This document shows positions 14,101-22,976 of a stretch of DNA of 64,000 nucleotides, piece after piece. This DNA comes from Octopus sinensis (taxonomy: Eukaryota), in NCBI RefSeq assembly GCF_006345805.1, contig NC_043016.1:21452001-21516000 (forward strand), in the 5' to 3' direction. The number at the start of each line of letters is the position of its first letter. The first letter of the stretch is position 1. The notes beneath the pieces are model-generated. The model saw nothing but the letters and a program-made list of their open reading frames with translations. It did no database searches and was not told the DNA's origin. The position numbers and the translations under genes were made by a program.

Positions 14101-17100
14101 CTACAAACATAATGGGATTTCTGGAATACAATTTAATAAAAGGTTTTTAGCTGAATCTGTTTCATAATTTTGGTTTCAAAGTAAATCTAAATATAGGTAA
14201 ATTCAGCAAAATATAAAATTATTTAAATTCTGTTTAAACATTAGCATATAAAATGAATATATTCAATGAGTATACAGCAAAATTTTAATAGAGAAGAATT
14301 GTGCAAATTCCTGGATTAGCTGTTAGTTGTACTTAATGCTTGTAAAACAAGTGTACCATAAAGATAAAGCAGAATGAGGTAGGTGTACCATAAAGGTAAA
14401 ACAATGAAAAACTGGAACTTGTCTTTGAAGAATACTAGGAAATGAAATACATAGAAACACATTTTATAATAATTCTGCTTGTCATTATATTACTTAGCCT
14501 GTCGGTAATGCTTTCATGTGATTAGAGAAAAAGAGGATAAGGCAGAGAGAGAGAAAGAAAGAAAAAGAGAAAAGTGTCCATGACATGTGGTAGGGAGAAC
14601 ATAATATTTATTATGTGGTTAAAAATGCTAGTTGAAAGTAGTGATATAGAGGTGAGTTAGGAATATAACTTTAGCAGAGGGGTGATGTTCTGATGGTAGA
14701 TTAAAGAAAGGCAGAGGGTGATAGAGTGGAGGAGGAGGTGGCAATGATGAGTGCATAGTAAAAAAGTGATTTTTTTAATTGAACTAAGTTCTTTATATCA
14801 CCTATCACTAGCACATCCCAAACTTGCCATTCATTTTAATGTTGCATTCTCAAGGGTTCTTAAATTATCTGATGTGAGAGTTAAAGTTATCAGCACAACA
14901 AGCAAGGGAAAAGAAGAGGGAGAACACAAAGAACATAGTCTGCAAAGCAGTATAGGATTGAAAGGTCTACGAAAATTAAAACGTGCATTGGCTTTGATCC
15001 ATCGCCTTGGTTTAAAAGTTACCAACAATGTGGTTTTCAGAGTATGCCATGTTGCATTAAATTTTTATCCCTGTGAAATTCTGACTCCTATATTTTACAT
15101 ATAAAATAATTATTTTTGCTATAAAATTTTTGTTTTCTACATATGAAACTATGACCATGTAAATTTTTCTATTTATGGGGAAAATAAGAGTGAATATTTA
15201 TTTTATGAGTGCTTAGTATTAAGTCTATAAAATTGTGCATAAAGTATGTATATAAAGTACATTAAGTAATCTTCATATTCCAATTTCTTTCACTTTTCAA
15301 TTAGTAGCAGATGAGTGATTATCTTTCCATACAAAGACAACATAGGCTATGCATTCAGGTTTTTAGGAGTAACCCAATGAATTTACTATTAATTCCATGA
15401 AATATTCATGGGTCCCTCTATTATAATAATGATTCACACTCCAAATTAATCAAACTTTATCAAGTATTGTACTGGTAAATTAAAATTACAGGTAAATTTT
15501 AAAAAACCCTATAAATTCAATAAATAAACACACATGCATGCGCGCGCTCAGGTTTCTAACTTTCTAACCTCAAACTATCTTTATTCCCTCTTTGTTTATA
15601 TTCTGCATAGCGATTTGTTTCTGCAGGAATCACTTCAAAGGAAAAGTTAAAATAATCTAATGGTTTCATTTCTTTGGAAAGACTGTGTCTAGGTCTAACA
15701 TCTTACTAAAATAACTAACAAAAACAGTTTTTAAATTCATGCTATATTCAAGTACAAATTTCTCTCTTTTTAATATGACTAGCTTATTATAGCTGTTTAC
15801 AGGCAGATTGATATCATTTGCCATTAAATTTCTTGGCCAGCTACGGCCACCTTGATATTGAAAGGTTTAATGCAAACATTTTCCTCAGAATATTACATTG
15901 TAAAACTAAAAAATTTGTTTCTTTTTTTTTTTTTGATAGGCAATCAAAGCTCAATATTATAATAAGTACACCGAAATGGCATGGCATTTCATAAAAGCTG
16001 AACGATATAACAAAGCTCATGAAGCAATTTTGAAACATATTGCTCCTTATGCTGTAATTAATGGTAATTATTTGTTAAAATTATTACAATTTAAAAATAA
16101 TTTTGATAGTAAAATTTAAATTGTTTTATTGTAAAATAATGTAATAGCTCTTACCAGATACTTTTATTTACACACACACACTTTCTTTTCAGTTTAAATC
16201 CTGAATTTAATATTAATTTTATTTTTTTAATAGATGACTACCACCATTTGAAGAATCTGTTAGAGCTTCTTTCACCACCTGAGCAAAGTTGCAAGATTGA
16301 AAATTGGTCCACAGAAGGTTCTGTGTACTTAAGCTATATAAATTTACATGAAGCATTGGCTAAATTTAAAAAAGTAAGCTCTGAATAAAAATTTTAGTTA
16401 TTTCTGAATAAAACTTAAAACCTTTCACTCTGACCATCCTTCTCATATTTTATTTATATATGTTCTATGCAAATGAAAATTCACTGTACATGGATGAGTT
16501 ACTTGCTCTTAAAGTAGTATCATTTGTGAGAAACGGATGGAAAATAAATTACAACTTATATATTATCTGGTTTACTTGGTAAGTCACATGCAAAGCTACT
16601 TCAAAATACCAACATAAAAGTCTACCAAATTTGTTTAGCTTACACTTCATATATTTATGCTAATTGATAGTTAGTATGTAGAATTTGAAAATAAATGTTT
16701 TAAATTCAAAAAAAAACTTTTAATATTTTTCTTGCAGAAAGATGTTGATTTATCACAACTGGAAATGATGTCAACTGCTCTCCTCAGTTTTTTCCCAAAA
16801 ATACGTAATTTGCCTTGTCGTGATGCAAAAGATAGGTAATTTACATTTCTTCATATATATAAAATTATTGTAGAAACAGAAAATTTTTATAAATATTCTT
16901 TAACTATTTTATAACTATGGTTTTTAGGCAATATTCGAATGTTATTTGAGCATTACCAGAGGAATTGCTTATATTCTTTTGCTTGTTTCAGTCATTGGAC
17001 CATGGCCATGATAGGACATTCCGAGTTTAGTTGATTAAATTGACCTCAATCCTTGTTCCTTAGTTGTTATACTATCAGCTTCTTTTCACTGAACCAAGGG

Positions 17101-18286
17101 ACACAACCAACCAACACTGGTTGTCGAGCTATGAAAGACGCACATACATACATATCCACATGTGTTTGTCTGTCTGTGATCATCATCATCATTGTTTTGA
17201 TATCCTCTTGTCCATACTTGTTTGGATCAGACAAAATCTTACAAAGCATATTATCTCTGGTTAGATGCTCTTCTATTAGCAGTTTTCAACTGTTTCCAAC
17301 CAATGTGATATTACCCCTAACTCTTCAAGTACAGACAGCATAATGTCCAGATACACACAATTCATACCAAATTTATTCATAAGGTATTCACTGGTATGGG
17401 GCCGTAGTGGAAGACACTCACCCAAGATGTTACTAAGCAAACTTCTTAGCCATACAGCCATGCCTGTGCCTACATAGCTTTATTTTTGCTATTGGAATCA
17501 GAAATAGCCTTAAATTTCAAAGGTTTTATCATGAAGATAAAATATTGTAAACAATTACTTTGCAATCAATATGTTAGAGTTTATCTATAAATATGTCCTT
17601 CTCACAACCATGAATTATATTATCCACCATATATATATATATAGTTTGCTTAAGCTTACTATTTATTAAGGCTAAGATCATGCATCTCTCTTTCTCTCTC
17701 TCTCTCTCTCTCATTGTCAGTTTTGTATTTGGTAAGCTAACCTCCTAGTGATTTAACTATCCGTTAGTGGTGTTCGTGTTGTCAGCCATAGTGGGAAGTT
17801 TTAATTAATTTATTGTATTCTGTACTTATTACATTTTCACTCTCTCACAAAGTGTTACTTTTCCTGCATAAGTTATGCTTCATATGAAAAAAGTATTTAA
17901 ATATTGATGGTTGAATTGTTTTCTTTAATAACTCTGTTTTTTTTTTGGTTTTTTTGCTTTAATTCATTCTAGATTGTGTATCTCAGAGATGTCCAAAAAT
18001 ACAGCAAATATTTTTAGAATATTTTCTATGCTTTTACATCAGAATGATTTTGATTTTAAAATTACCAAGTTAGTAAAATTCCATTTTCTCTCTCTCTCTT
18101 TTAATTCTAAATTTATTTATAAATGAATAAATAATTAACAAATATGCTTTGGTGCTAAATAACAGATATGTATAATTTTTTTTCTTCCTTTTCTTCTATT
18201 TCAGCCGTTTAGCTACCCAAATTGAGAACTTGGAAATCCCTGATGAGAGTATGGAGCAGGAAACATGTGAATTGATGGCATTTTGA
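1933..18286 (+). CDS. NUP98: Nuclear pore complex protein Nup98-Nup96, Nup96 C-terminal portion (5'-partial, 15 exons in window)
   Basis: Exons 1933-2184, 3281-3408, 4559-4703, 4895-4987, 5084-5202, 6487-6666, 6811-6947, 9619-9879, 10343-10498, 13020-13149, 15940-16063, 16234-16373, 16738-16835, 17973-18068, 18205-18286. All are GT-AG with matching phases; total 2141 nt, open to TGA at 18284-18286. Peptides recognisable as Nup96: SFRVGWGPNW, CWDLCVALWG, RKEAFSRWL, YLALLLAQ, NWKRALGLHFW, YDTCYHLLQLY, LDYRLSWHL, FAAQLESLGLWEWAIFVLAH, IPREWVHYAKA. Confidence 0.96.
2460..2680. mobile_element. piggyBac-type MITE (TTAA TSD, CCC-starting TIR)
   Basis: TTAA(2456-2459)CCCTTTAG ... CTAAAGGG TTAA(2681-2684); non-coding. 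Confidence 0.75.
3281..3408 (+). CDS. NUP98: Nup96 exon (phase 1-0) ...NCIVSIEKVNV...
   Basis: Polypyrimidine tract + cag acceptor (CAGCAG tandem), AAG|gtaagt donor; required to bridge phases. Confidence 0.85.
4559..4703 (+). CDS. NUP98: Nup96 exon (phase 0-1) ...WMLENQLSHS...
   Basis: Poly-T tract + tttcag acceptor; ATGG|gtatgg donor; alternative in-frame AG at 4566-4567. Confidence 0.85.
4895..4987 (+). CDS. NUP98: Nup96 exon ...HMKICWDLCVALWG...
   Basis: ttcag acceptor, AGAG|gtattt donor; matches Nup96 W-x-L-C-x-A-L-W-G. Confidence 0.9.
5084..5202 (+). CDS. NUP98: Nup96 exon ...ARKEAFSRWL...
   Basis: cttag acceptor, AAA|gtaagt donor. Confidence 0.92.
5306..5640 (-). mobile_element. Old RTE-clade LINE ORF2 C-terminal remnant
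   Basis: Minus-strand peptide GSTSRKPRCRLRMKWLDDI resembles the RTE G-x-R-x-R-G-R-P-R-x-R-W-x-D motif. Confidence 0.55.
6487..6666 (+). CDS. NUP98: Nup96 exon ...EACMLA...YLALLLAQ...
   Basis: tttcag acceptor, CGG|gttcgt donor. Confidence 0.92.
6811..6947 (+). CDS. NUP98: Nup96 exon ...LLAG...NWKRALGLHF(W)
   Basis: tgtag acceptor, TG|gtaaat donor. Confidence 0.93.
7085..7360 (+). mobile_element. RTE LINE 3' end (SINE-like 5'-truncated copy) with (GAT)n tail
   Basis: Shared repeat aaaaagcacccactacactc...ccaacccatgccagcatggaaaacgg; the same 3' end is joined to the RTE ORF2 terminus at 50325-51120. Confidence 0.8.
7580..8650 (-). mobile_element. RTE LINE RT fragment interrupted by a CR1 insertion
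   Basis: Minus strand reads ...QEFKTGCP*ET | YADDTVLIAE ... SGKWPYSIYRKNV; the halves flank 7951-8553. Confidence 0.8.
7951..8553 (-). mobile_element. 5'-truncated CR1-clade LINE (RT C-terminus, intact ORF 8005-8553)
   Basis: LYVTLVRPILEY...VQKLATR...LSYEERL...RRGDLI...RGH...W-N-x-L-P motifs; (TTAAC/CTAAC)n 3' tail at 7951-7970. Confidence 0.9.
8740..9330 (-). mobile_element. Mariner transposase remnant
   Basis: Minus strand: WILHDNNAP and, after a frameshift, LPHLPYSSDLAPASFHLFPKMK (mariner HDNA / YSPDLAP motifs). Confidence 0.85.
9619..9879 (+). CDS. NUP98: Nup96 exon ...YDTCYHLLQLY...LDYRL
   Basis: tttcag acceptor, AG|gtcagt donor. Confidence 0.94.
10343..10498 (+). CDS. NUP98: Nup96 exon SWHL...FAAQLESLGLWEWAIFVLAH
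   Basis: ttcag acceptor, AG|gttagt donor. Confidence 0.95.
10620..12200 (-). mobile_element. Degenerate RTE LINE (RT motif to ORF2 C-terminus)
   Basis: GWVKFRKLLPLVTK, VQERRLHWFDHVMCMDED, and a GCP...(Y)ADDLVL remnant near 12070-12110. Confidence 0.85.
13020..13149 (+). CDS. NUP98: Nup96 exon ...IPREWVHYAK
   Basis: tgtag acceptor, AAG|gtttgt donor. Confidence 0.92.
13500..13860 (+). mobile_element. Probable Penelope-like GIY-YIG endonuclease remnant
   Basis: Frame from 13586 reads TNNVIYLGCNECRQLLYVG (VIY..CxxC..YVG pattern). Confidence 0.55.
14464..15421 (+). mobile_element. Internally deleted non-autonomous Helitron in a NUP98 intron
   Basis: 5' end ATAATTCTGCTTGT shared with the 32762 terminus; Pif1 tail NVAFSRVLKLSDVRVKV; 3' hairpin CCATGAA-ata-TTCATGG (15395-15411) then GTCCCTCTA(T). 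Confidence 0.75.
15940..16063 (+). CDS. NUP98: Nup96 exon AIKAQ...YNKAHEAILKHIAPYAVIN
   Basis: Poly-T + gatag acceptor, AATG|gtaatt donor. Confidence 0.92.
16234..16373 (+). CDS. NUP98: Nup96 exon ...IENWSTEGSVYLSY...
   Basis: aatag acceptor, AAA|gtaagc donor. Confidence 0.9.
16738..16835 (+). CDS. NUP98: Nup96 exon ...LPCRDAKD(R)
   Basis: ttgcag acceptor, AG|gtaatt donor. Confidence 0.88.
17973..18068 (+). CDS. NUP98: Nup96 exon LCISEMSKNTANIFR...
   Basis: tctag acceptor, AA|gttagt donor; resembles Nup96 AQSDMAKRVAN segment. Confidence 0.85.
18205..18286 (+). CDS. NUP98: Nup96 terminal exon RLATQIENLEIPDESMEQETCELMAF*
   Basis: tttcag acceptor; L-x-(M/I)-P-(E/D) motif; TGA at 18284-18286. 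Confidence 0.85.
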
Positions 18287-18773
18287 TGCAGAAAATTTTG
18301 TGTATCTTAAACTTTCTGAAGTCTCTACATTAAACTCCAACTGATTTTATCTTAGACATGTGTTAGTATGTGTCTGTTTTACTAATGTAATGTACACATG
18401 TATATAATGGGTGTGTATGTTTGTGTGCATGTATGTGTAAATTTTATAACAATTTTATCCTTTGTCACTCCCACCATACGAAATGCAATATTCCTTTTCA
18501 AAAGTGGTAATGTAAAAAGAAATTAACATACGCACTCCATAAATTAATCAGTTGCAAAACAAATTTACTTCTGGACTGTGATCATCACAACTATTGATTT
18601 CTACTAAGGTTATTGTTTTCAAAAGCTTATATTTTTTATTGTAATTAAATTTTATTGTTGATTTCAAAATAATGGTAAATGAGCAAAAGAAAACAATTGG
18701 CTTTGGTTGTTTGTATAAGAACAGTACTTTCATGGAGAAACTATCAGGCAACTTAGTGTTTCCAACTATCTTA

Positions 18774-18779
18774 AATAAA
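18774..18779 (+). promoter_or_regulatory. Candidate polyadenylation signal of NUP98
   Basis: AATAAA ~490 nt after the stop, followed by a T-rich tract. The hexamer is common in AT-rich DNA. Confidence 0.25.
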
Positions 18780-18869
18780 TAGTATTTTGTGATACAACCA
18801 CATATCTTCTCTTTCTTTCTGTTTTATGGCAATATTTTCTGTTTCAAGTCTTTGTTTGCTTTAATATTA

Positions 18870-19110
18870 TTTCTATTTCTTTTATTCTTTTACTTGTTTC
18901 AGTCATTTGATTGTGGCCATGTTGGAGCACTGCCTTAAAGGTTTTTTTTAAAGTCAAAGTAATTGACCTCAGGACTTATTCTTTGTAGGCCTCATACTTA
19001 TTGTATTGGTATCTTTTGTCAAACTACTAAGTTACGGGGATGTAAACACACCAACACTAGTTGTCAAACAATGGTGGGGGTGGGGGACAAACACAAACAT
19101 AAAGGTGTGC
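18870..19110 (-). mobile_element. SINE 3' portion
   Basis: ttttacttgtttcagtcatttga...ggccatg.tggagcac repeat; also at 16970-17050 and 24085-24290, reverse complement of 22400-22480. Confidence 0.65.
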
Positions 19111-19299
19111 ATGCACACACACATATACACTAGCTCAATGACCTGGCGTTGCCCAGGTTACTGCTGTTCTTATTCAGATTATCAAGCAATAAATATGAAG
19201 ATATATTTTTTTCCCTCATAATCATTTCAAAATATCTATATTTTATTTTTAAAAATCCAAATTATAATGCTAATGGAATTTAGAACTGAAAATCTGTCA

Positions 19300-20103
19300 A
19301 TCTTGAAGTACTTCAGGGTAAACAATATTCATTGTGTAATTTTTTTTTGTTGGTGTCCAAATGAATAAATTGTTGCTGCTTCCAACTTGCGAGCAAGTAC
19401 CATAGAGTTGGCTGTGGGAGAAGCATGTAGAGAGATCAAGTCCATCTACCTTGAGGGATTGACCTTGAGATTTGTTGATTGAAATAGCAAAACTTAGTTT
19501 AACTGGAAACTGAAACCTCTTAAATTCAAATGGAACATCTGTAGGTAGGAAAGGAATTTTTGGAATAAAAACATTTTCTCCTTTGTGACCATTTGTTATG
19601 ATTGTTGCCTCTAGGCCAGATTCAACCTACGGGGTCAGTTCACCTGGCTTGCTGCTGCACTGTGCCTTTTGTGTAAGTATCTGCAATGAGAGTTCATTTG
19701 CCTCTGGCATGTCATCAGTGTTTGGAACAACTTATGTTTGTGAGCAAACATTTTCCAAAAGTATGTGAAGTCAGCACATCGAACAAGGTTGGCTGATGAA
19801 CGTTTGAAAGCAATTCCGAAGCAACGATGGATGATATCTTAAAAGCTAAACACCAGTTTCACAAATATCACTAACCTTTTTTTGCTGCTTAGTTTGTGAG
19901 ATTCAGATATGTGTGCACTGGGTGTGATACATCTATCTTATTGCTAACATTGCCTTCTTTGATAACTTTTGGTAAATAAATATGTTGGTTGTCTTTAGTT
20001 TTTGTGTATCCACTATATTATATTGAACAAAATGGTTATGTGGCCCGCACTCGTAATTCTCTCAGTTATCTGGCTTGCTGGGAAAAAAGTTTGGTGACCC
20101 CTC
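19300..20103 (+). mobile_element. hAT (Buster/Charlie-like) transposase C-terminal remnant with right TIR
   Basis: FGTTYVCEQTFSK..KSAHRTRLADERLKAI (hATC dimerisation domain); end AAAAAGTTTGGTGACCCCT. Confidence 0.75.
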
Positions 20104-21029
20104 CTGTTCTAAGACATGAGTCTTCATGGAAGTAACAAGTAAGCAGGTGAGATGGGTCAAGATTCCTAAGTAACATAATGAGAGCATCCAACTGTGAAGT
20201 TATGCAGTGGCATCCCAGTGAGTTTGAGTGTGTTCAGAAATTCAACAAGGTATTGAACAGATATGAATGTGTAGATGTGTGTTTTAAGCCAAATGAAAAA
20301 AATTATCTCACATACATGTACTAAGACAGACAGACATGCATTCATGCATGTCAGTCGTCACACATGTATGTGTAGTTGTGTGTGTGTGCTTGATAACATA
20401 CCTAACACGGAAACACACTCACAGACACACTAGTACACTGACACACATGTACATACATTGTCACATATAGTAAGACAGACACACAAAGACATACATTGCT
20501 TTTCACCTCATTGTTTTTGTGAGTTGTCACATGAATATGTATGTGTAGATGTGTGTATCACAAACACACACATTCATATACAAAATGTGATGACACTCAC
20601 ACACACATAGTAAAACAGACATACATAGCGTTTCACCTTGTTTTTGTTACACATCACATGTGTATGAATGTGTAGATGTGTGTTTTAATTGAAATGAAAA
20701 TAAAACGTTATCGCATACATATACTAAGAAAGACACAGACAGACAGGCATACATTCACATATGTATATGTATGTCTAGGTGTTTGTATGTTTAGTAATGT
20801 ACCTAACACGGAAAAACACACTCATACAAAATGAGTTGTATAAAATGTCCTTTACTATAGTTGACTATAGAAAGATTATCTCTATAAAATGTTATATTGT
20901 TTTAATGTAAATGAAAAAACAAAATTATGTTGACAGTCGTGGGTTGTAATACTATTACCTTGTAAAATTTGAATTGATTTGGTCAAGCCATTTGAGAATA
21001 CATAGAGAACGGACAGACTAAGAATTCTA

Positions 21030-21370
21030 TGTGTTTGTGTGTATGTGGTCCACCATCCGATTGTGGCCGTTGCCAGCCTTGCACCATCCGATTGTGGCTG
21101 TTGCCAGCCTCGTCTGGCCCCCATGCCGGTGGCACGTAAAAAGCACCATCCGATCGTGGCTGTTTGCCAGCCTCGTCTGGCACCTGTGCTGGTGGCACAT
21201 AAAAAGCACCCACTACACTCATGGAGTGGTTGGCGTTAGGAAGGGCATCCAGCTGTAGAAACACTGCCAGATCAGACTGGGCCTGGCGCAGTCTCCTGGT
21301 TTCCCAGACCCCAGTTGAACTGTCCAACCCATGCTAGCATGGAAAATGGACCTTAAACGATGATGATGAT
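21030..21370 (+). mobile_element. RTE LINE 3' end with (GAT)n tail
   Basis: Same family as 7085-7360; internal short tandem units caccatccgattgtgg.cgttgccagcc. Confidence 0.85.
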
Positions 21371-21404
21371 ATATGTATATATATATATGTGTGTGTACAT
21401 ATAT

Positions 21405-21453
<49 letters not shown>

Positions 21454-21463
21454 ATACATACAC

Positions 21464-21575
21464 AATGACCTTTCAGTTTCCATCTACCAAATCCACTCAC
21501 AAGGTTTTGGTTGACCCGAGGCTATAGTAGAAAACACTTACCCAAGATGCCATGCAGTGAGACTGAACCTGGAAC
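21464..21575 (-). mobile_element. tRNA-derived SINE fragment
   Basis: Reverse complement of gttccaggttcagtc...cttgggtaagtgttttctactatagcctcggg...gtgagtggatttggtagatggaaactgaaag. Confidence 0.7.
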
Positions 21576-21679
21576 TACAAGCATTTATTTTTCAAAGTTG
21601 ACATAGTCGCAAATGTGCAGGTAGAATAAGCACTAAAAATGCACAGGCAATGGACATCCCTTAAATACTTCAGGGATCA

Positions 21680-22600
21680 TTAGAAGTAGTAGATAGTTCC
21701 TGTTACCTAGGAGGCCCAAATTAGTATTGGTGGAGGAAGTTCTGAAAGTGTAGTTACTAGAATAAGAGCAGGCTGGCCAAAGTTCAGAGAGCCTCTACCT
21801 TTGTCGGTAACTAAGGGCCCCTCCCTCAGAGTGAATGGTAGATTGTATGATGCCTGTGTACGTACAGCTGTGAAACATGCATTGGCTACAGAGGACTTGC
21901 AAAGGCTTGAAAGAAATGAAGTTAGCATGCTCTGCTGGATGGGAAATGTCAGTGTGCATGCTCGAGAGTGTAAATGATTTAAGAGGAAAACTGGGTATAA
22001 GAGACATCAGATGTGATGCGTATGGATGAGGACATTTGCATAAAGAAGTGCCAGGCTCTAATTGTGGAGAGTACCTGTGGAAGGGGTAGACCCAGGAAGA
22101 CATGAGATGGACAAAGTGGGTGAGAAAGTATTTTTGGACAATAGATCTCACTGAGGAAATGGCAAAGGACTGGCAGATGTAGCGATTTGTTGTAGTTGAT
22201 GAGATGTGTCAATCTAAGTAAAATCAGTTTTCCATTAGGCGCAGGAGTGGCTGTGTGGTAAGTAGCTTGCTAACCAACCACATGGTTCCGGGTTCAGTCC
22301 CCCTAGCATTGTTTGACAACCGATGCTGGTGTGTTTACATCCCTGTCACTTAGCGGTTCGGCAAAAGAGACCGATAGAATAAGTACTGGGCTTACAAAGA
22401 ATAAGTCCCGGGGTCGATTTGCTCGACTGAAGGCGGTGCTCCAGCATGGCCACAGTCAAATGACTGAAACGAATAAAAGAGAGTATACATAAAAAGCATC
22501 CAGAAAACTCTGTTAAGTGGATCGTGTGAGGAAGGGTATCCAGTTTTAGAAACCATGCCGCAACATGGAAGGTAGATGTTAAATGATGATGACATCACAT
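21680..22600 (+). mobile_element. Degenerate RTE LINE ORF2 C-terminus, interrupted by a SINE
   Basis: Frameshifted remnants resembling EVVDSFRYLG, GWAKFRELLPLL, LERNEASMLRW; (GAT)n-like tail at ~22585. Confidence 0.75.
22238..22488 (+). mobile_element. tRNA-derived SINE (internally deleted)
   Basis: ggcgcaggagtggctgtgtggtaag (A box) ... gggttcagtccc (B box) ... aaatgactgaaacgaataaaaga tail. Confidence 0.85.
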
Positions 22601-22824
22601 AATTTGTATCACACTCAATAAACAATGCCCCGTTATAAAATACACACTTTTTATACTGAAATTCAAATATACTCTTTTAAGCCACACTACCCTCATTATT
22701 TTTGTGTATCATAAAAATTTTTCCTTTAGTGTTGAGGCATCAAAAGGTTAACAGATACCTTTGTCTTTGTATGTTCGTCAGTAAATAAAATTATTCTTAA
22801 ATATAATGGAAAATAGGAAGGTAA

Positions 22825-22976
22825 TCATCATCATCATCATCATCGTTTAACGTCCGTTCTCCATGCTAGCATGGGTTGGACAGTTCGACCGGGGTTCTGG
22901 GAAGCCAGAAGGCTGCACCAGGCTCCAGTCTAATCTGGCAATGTTTCTACAGCTGGATGCCCTTCCTAACGCCAAA
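22825..22976 (-). mobile_element. RTE LINE 3' end, 5'-truncated
   Basis: (CAT)n cgtttaacgtcc...ggatgcccttcctaacgccaa. Confidence 0.85.
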
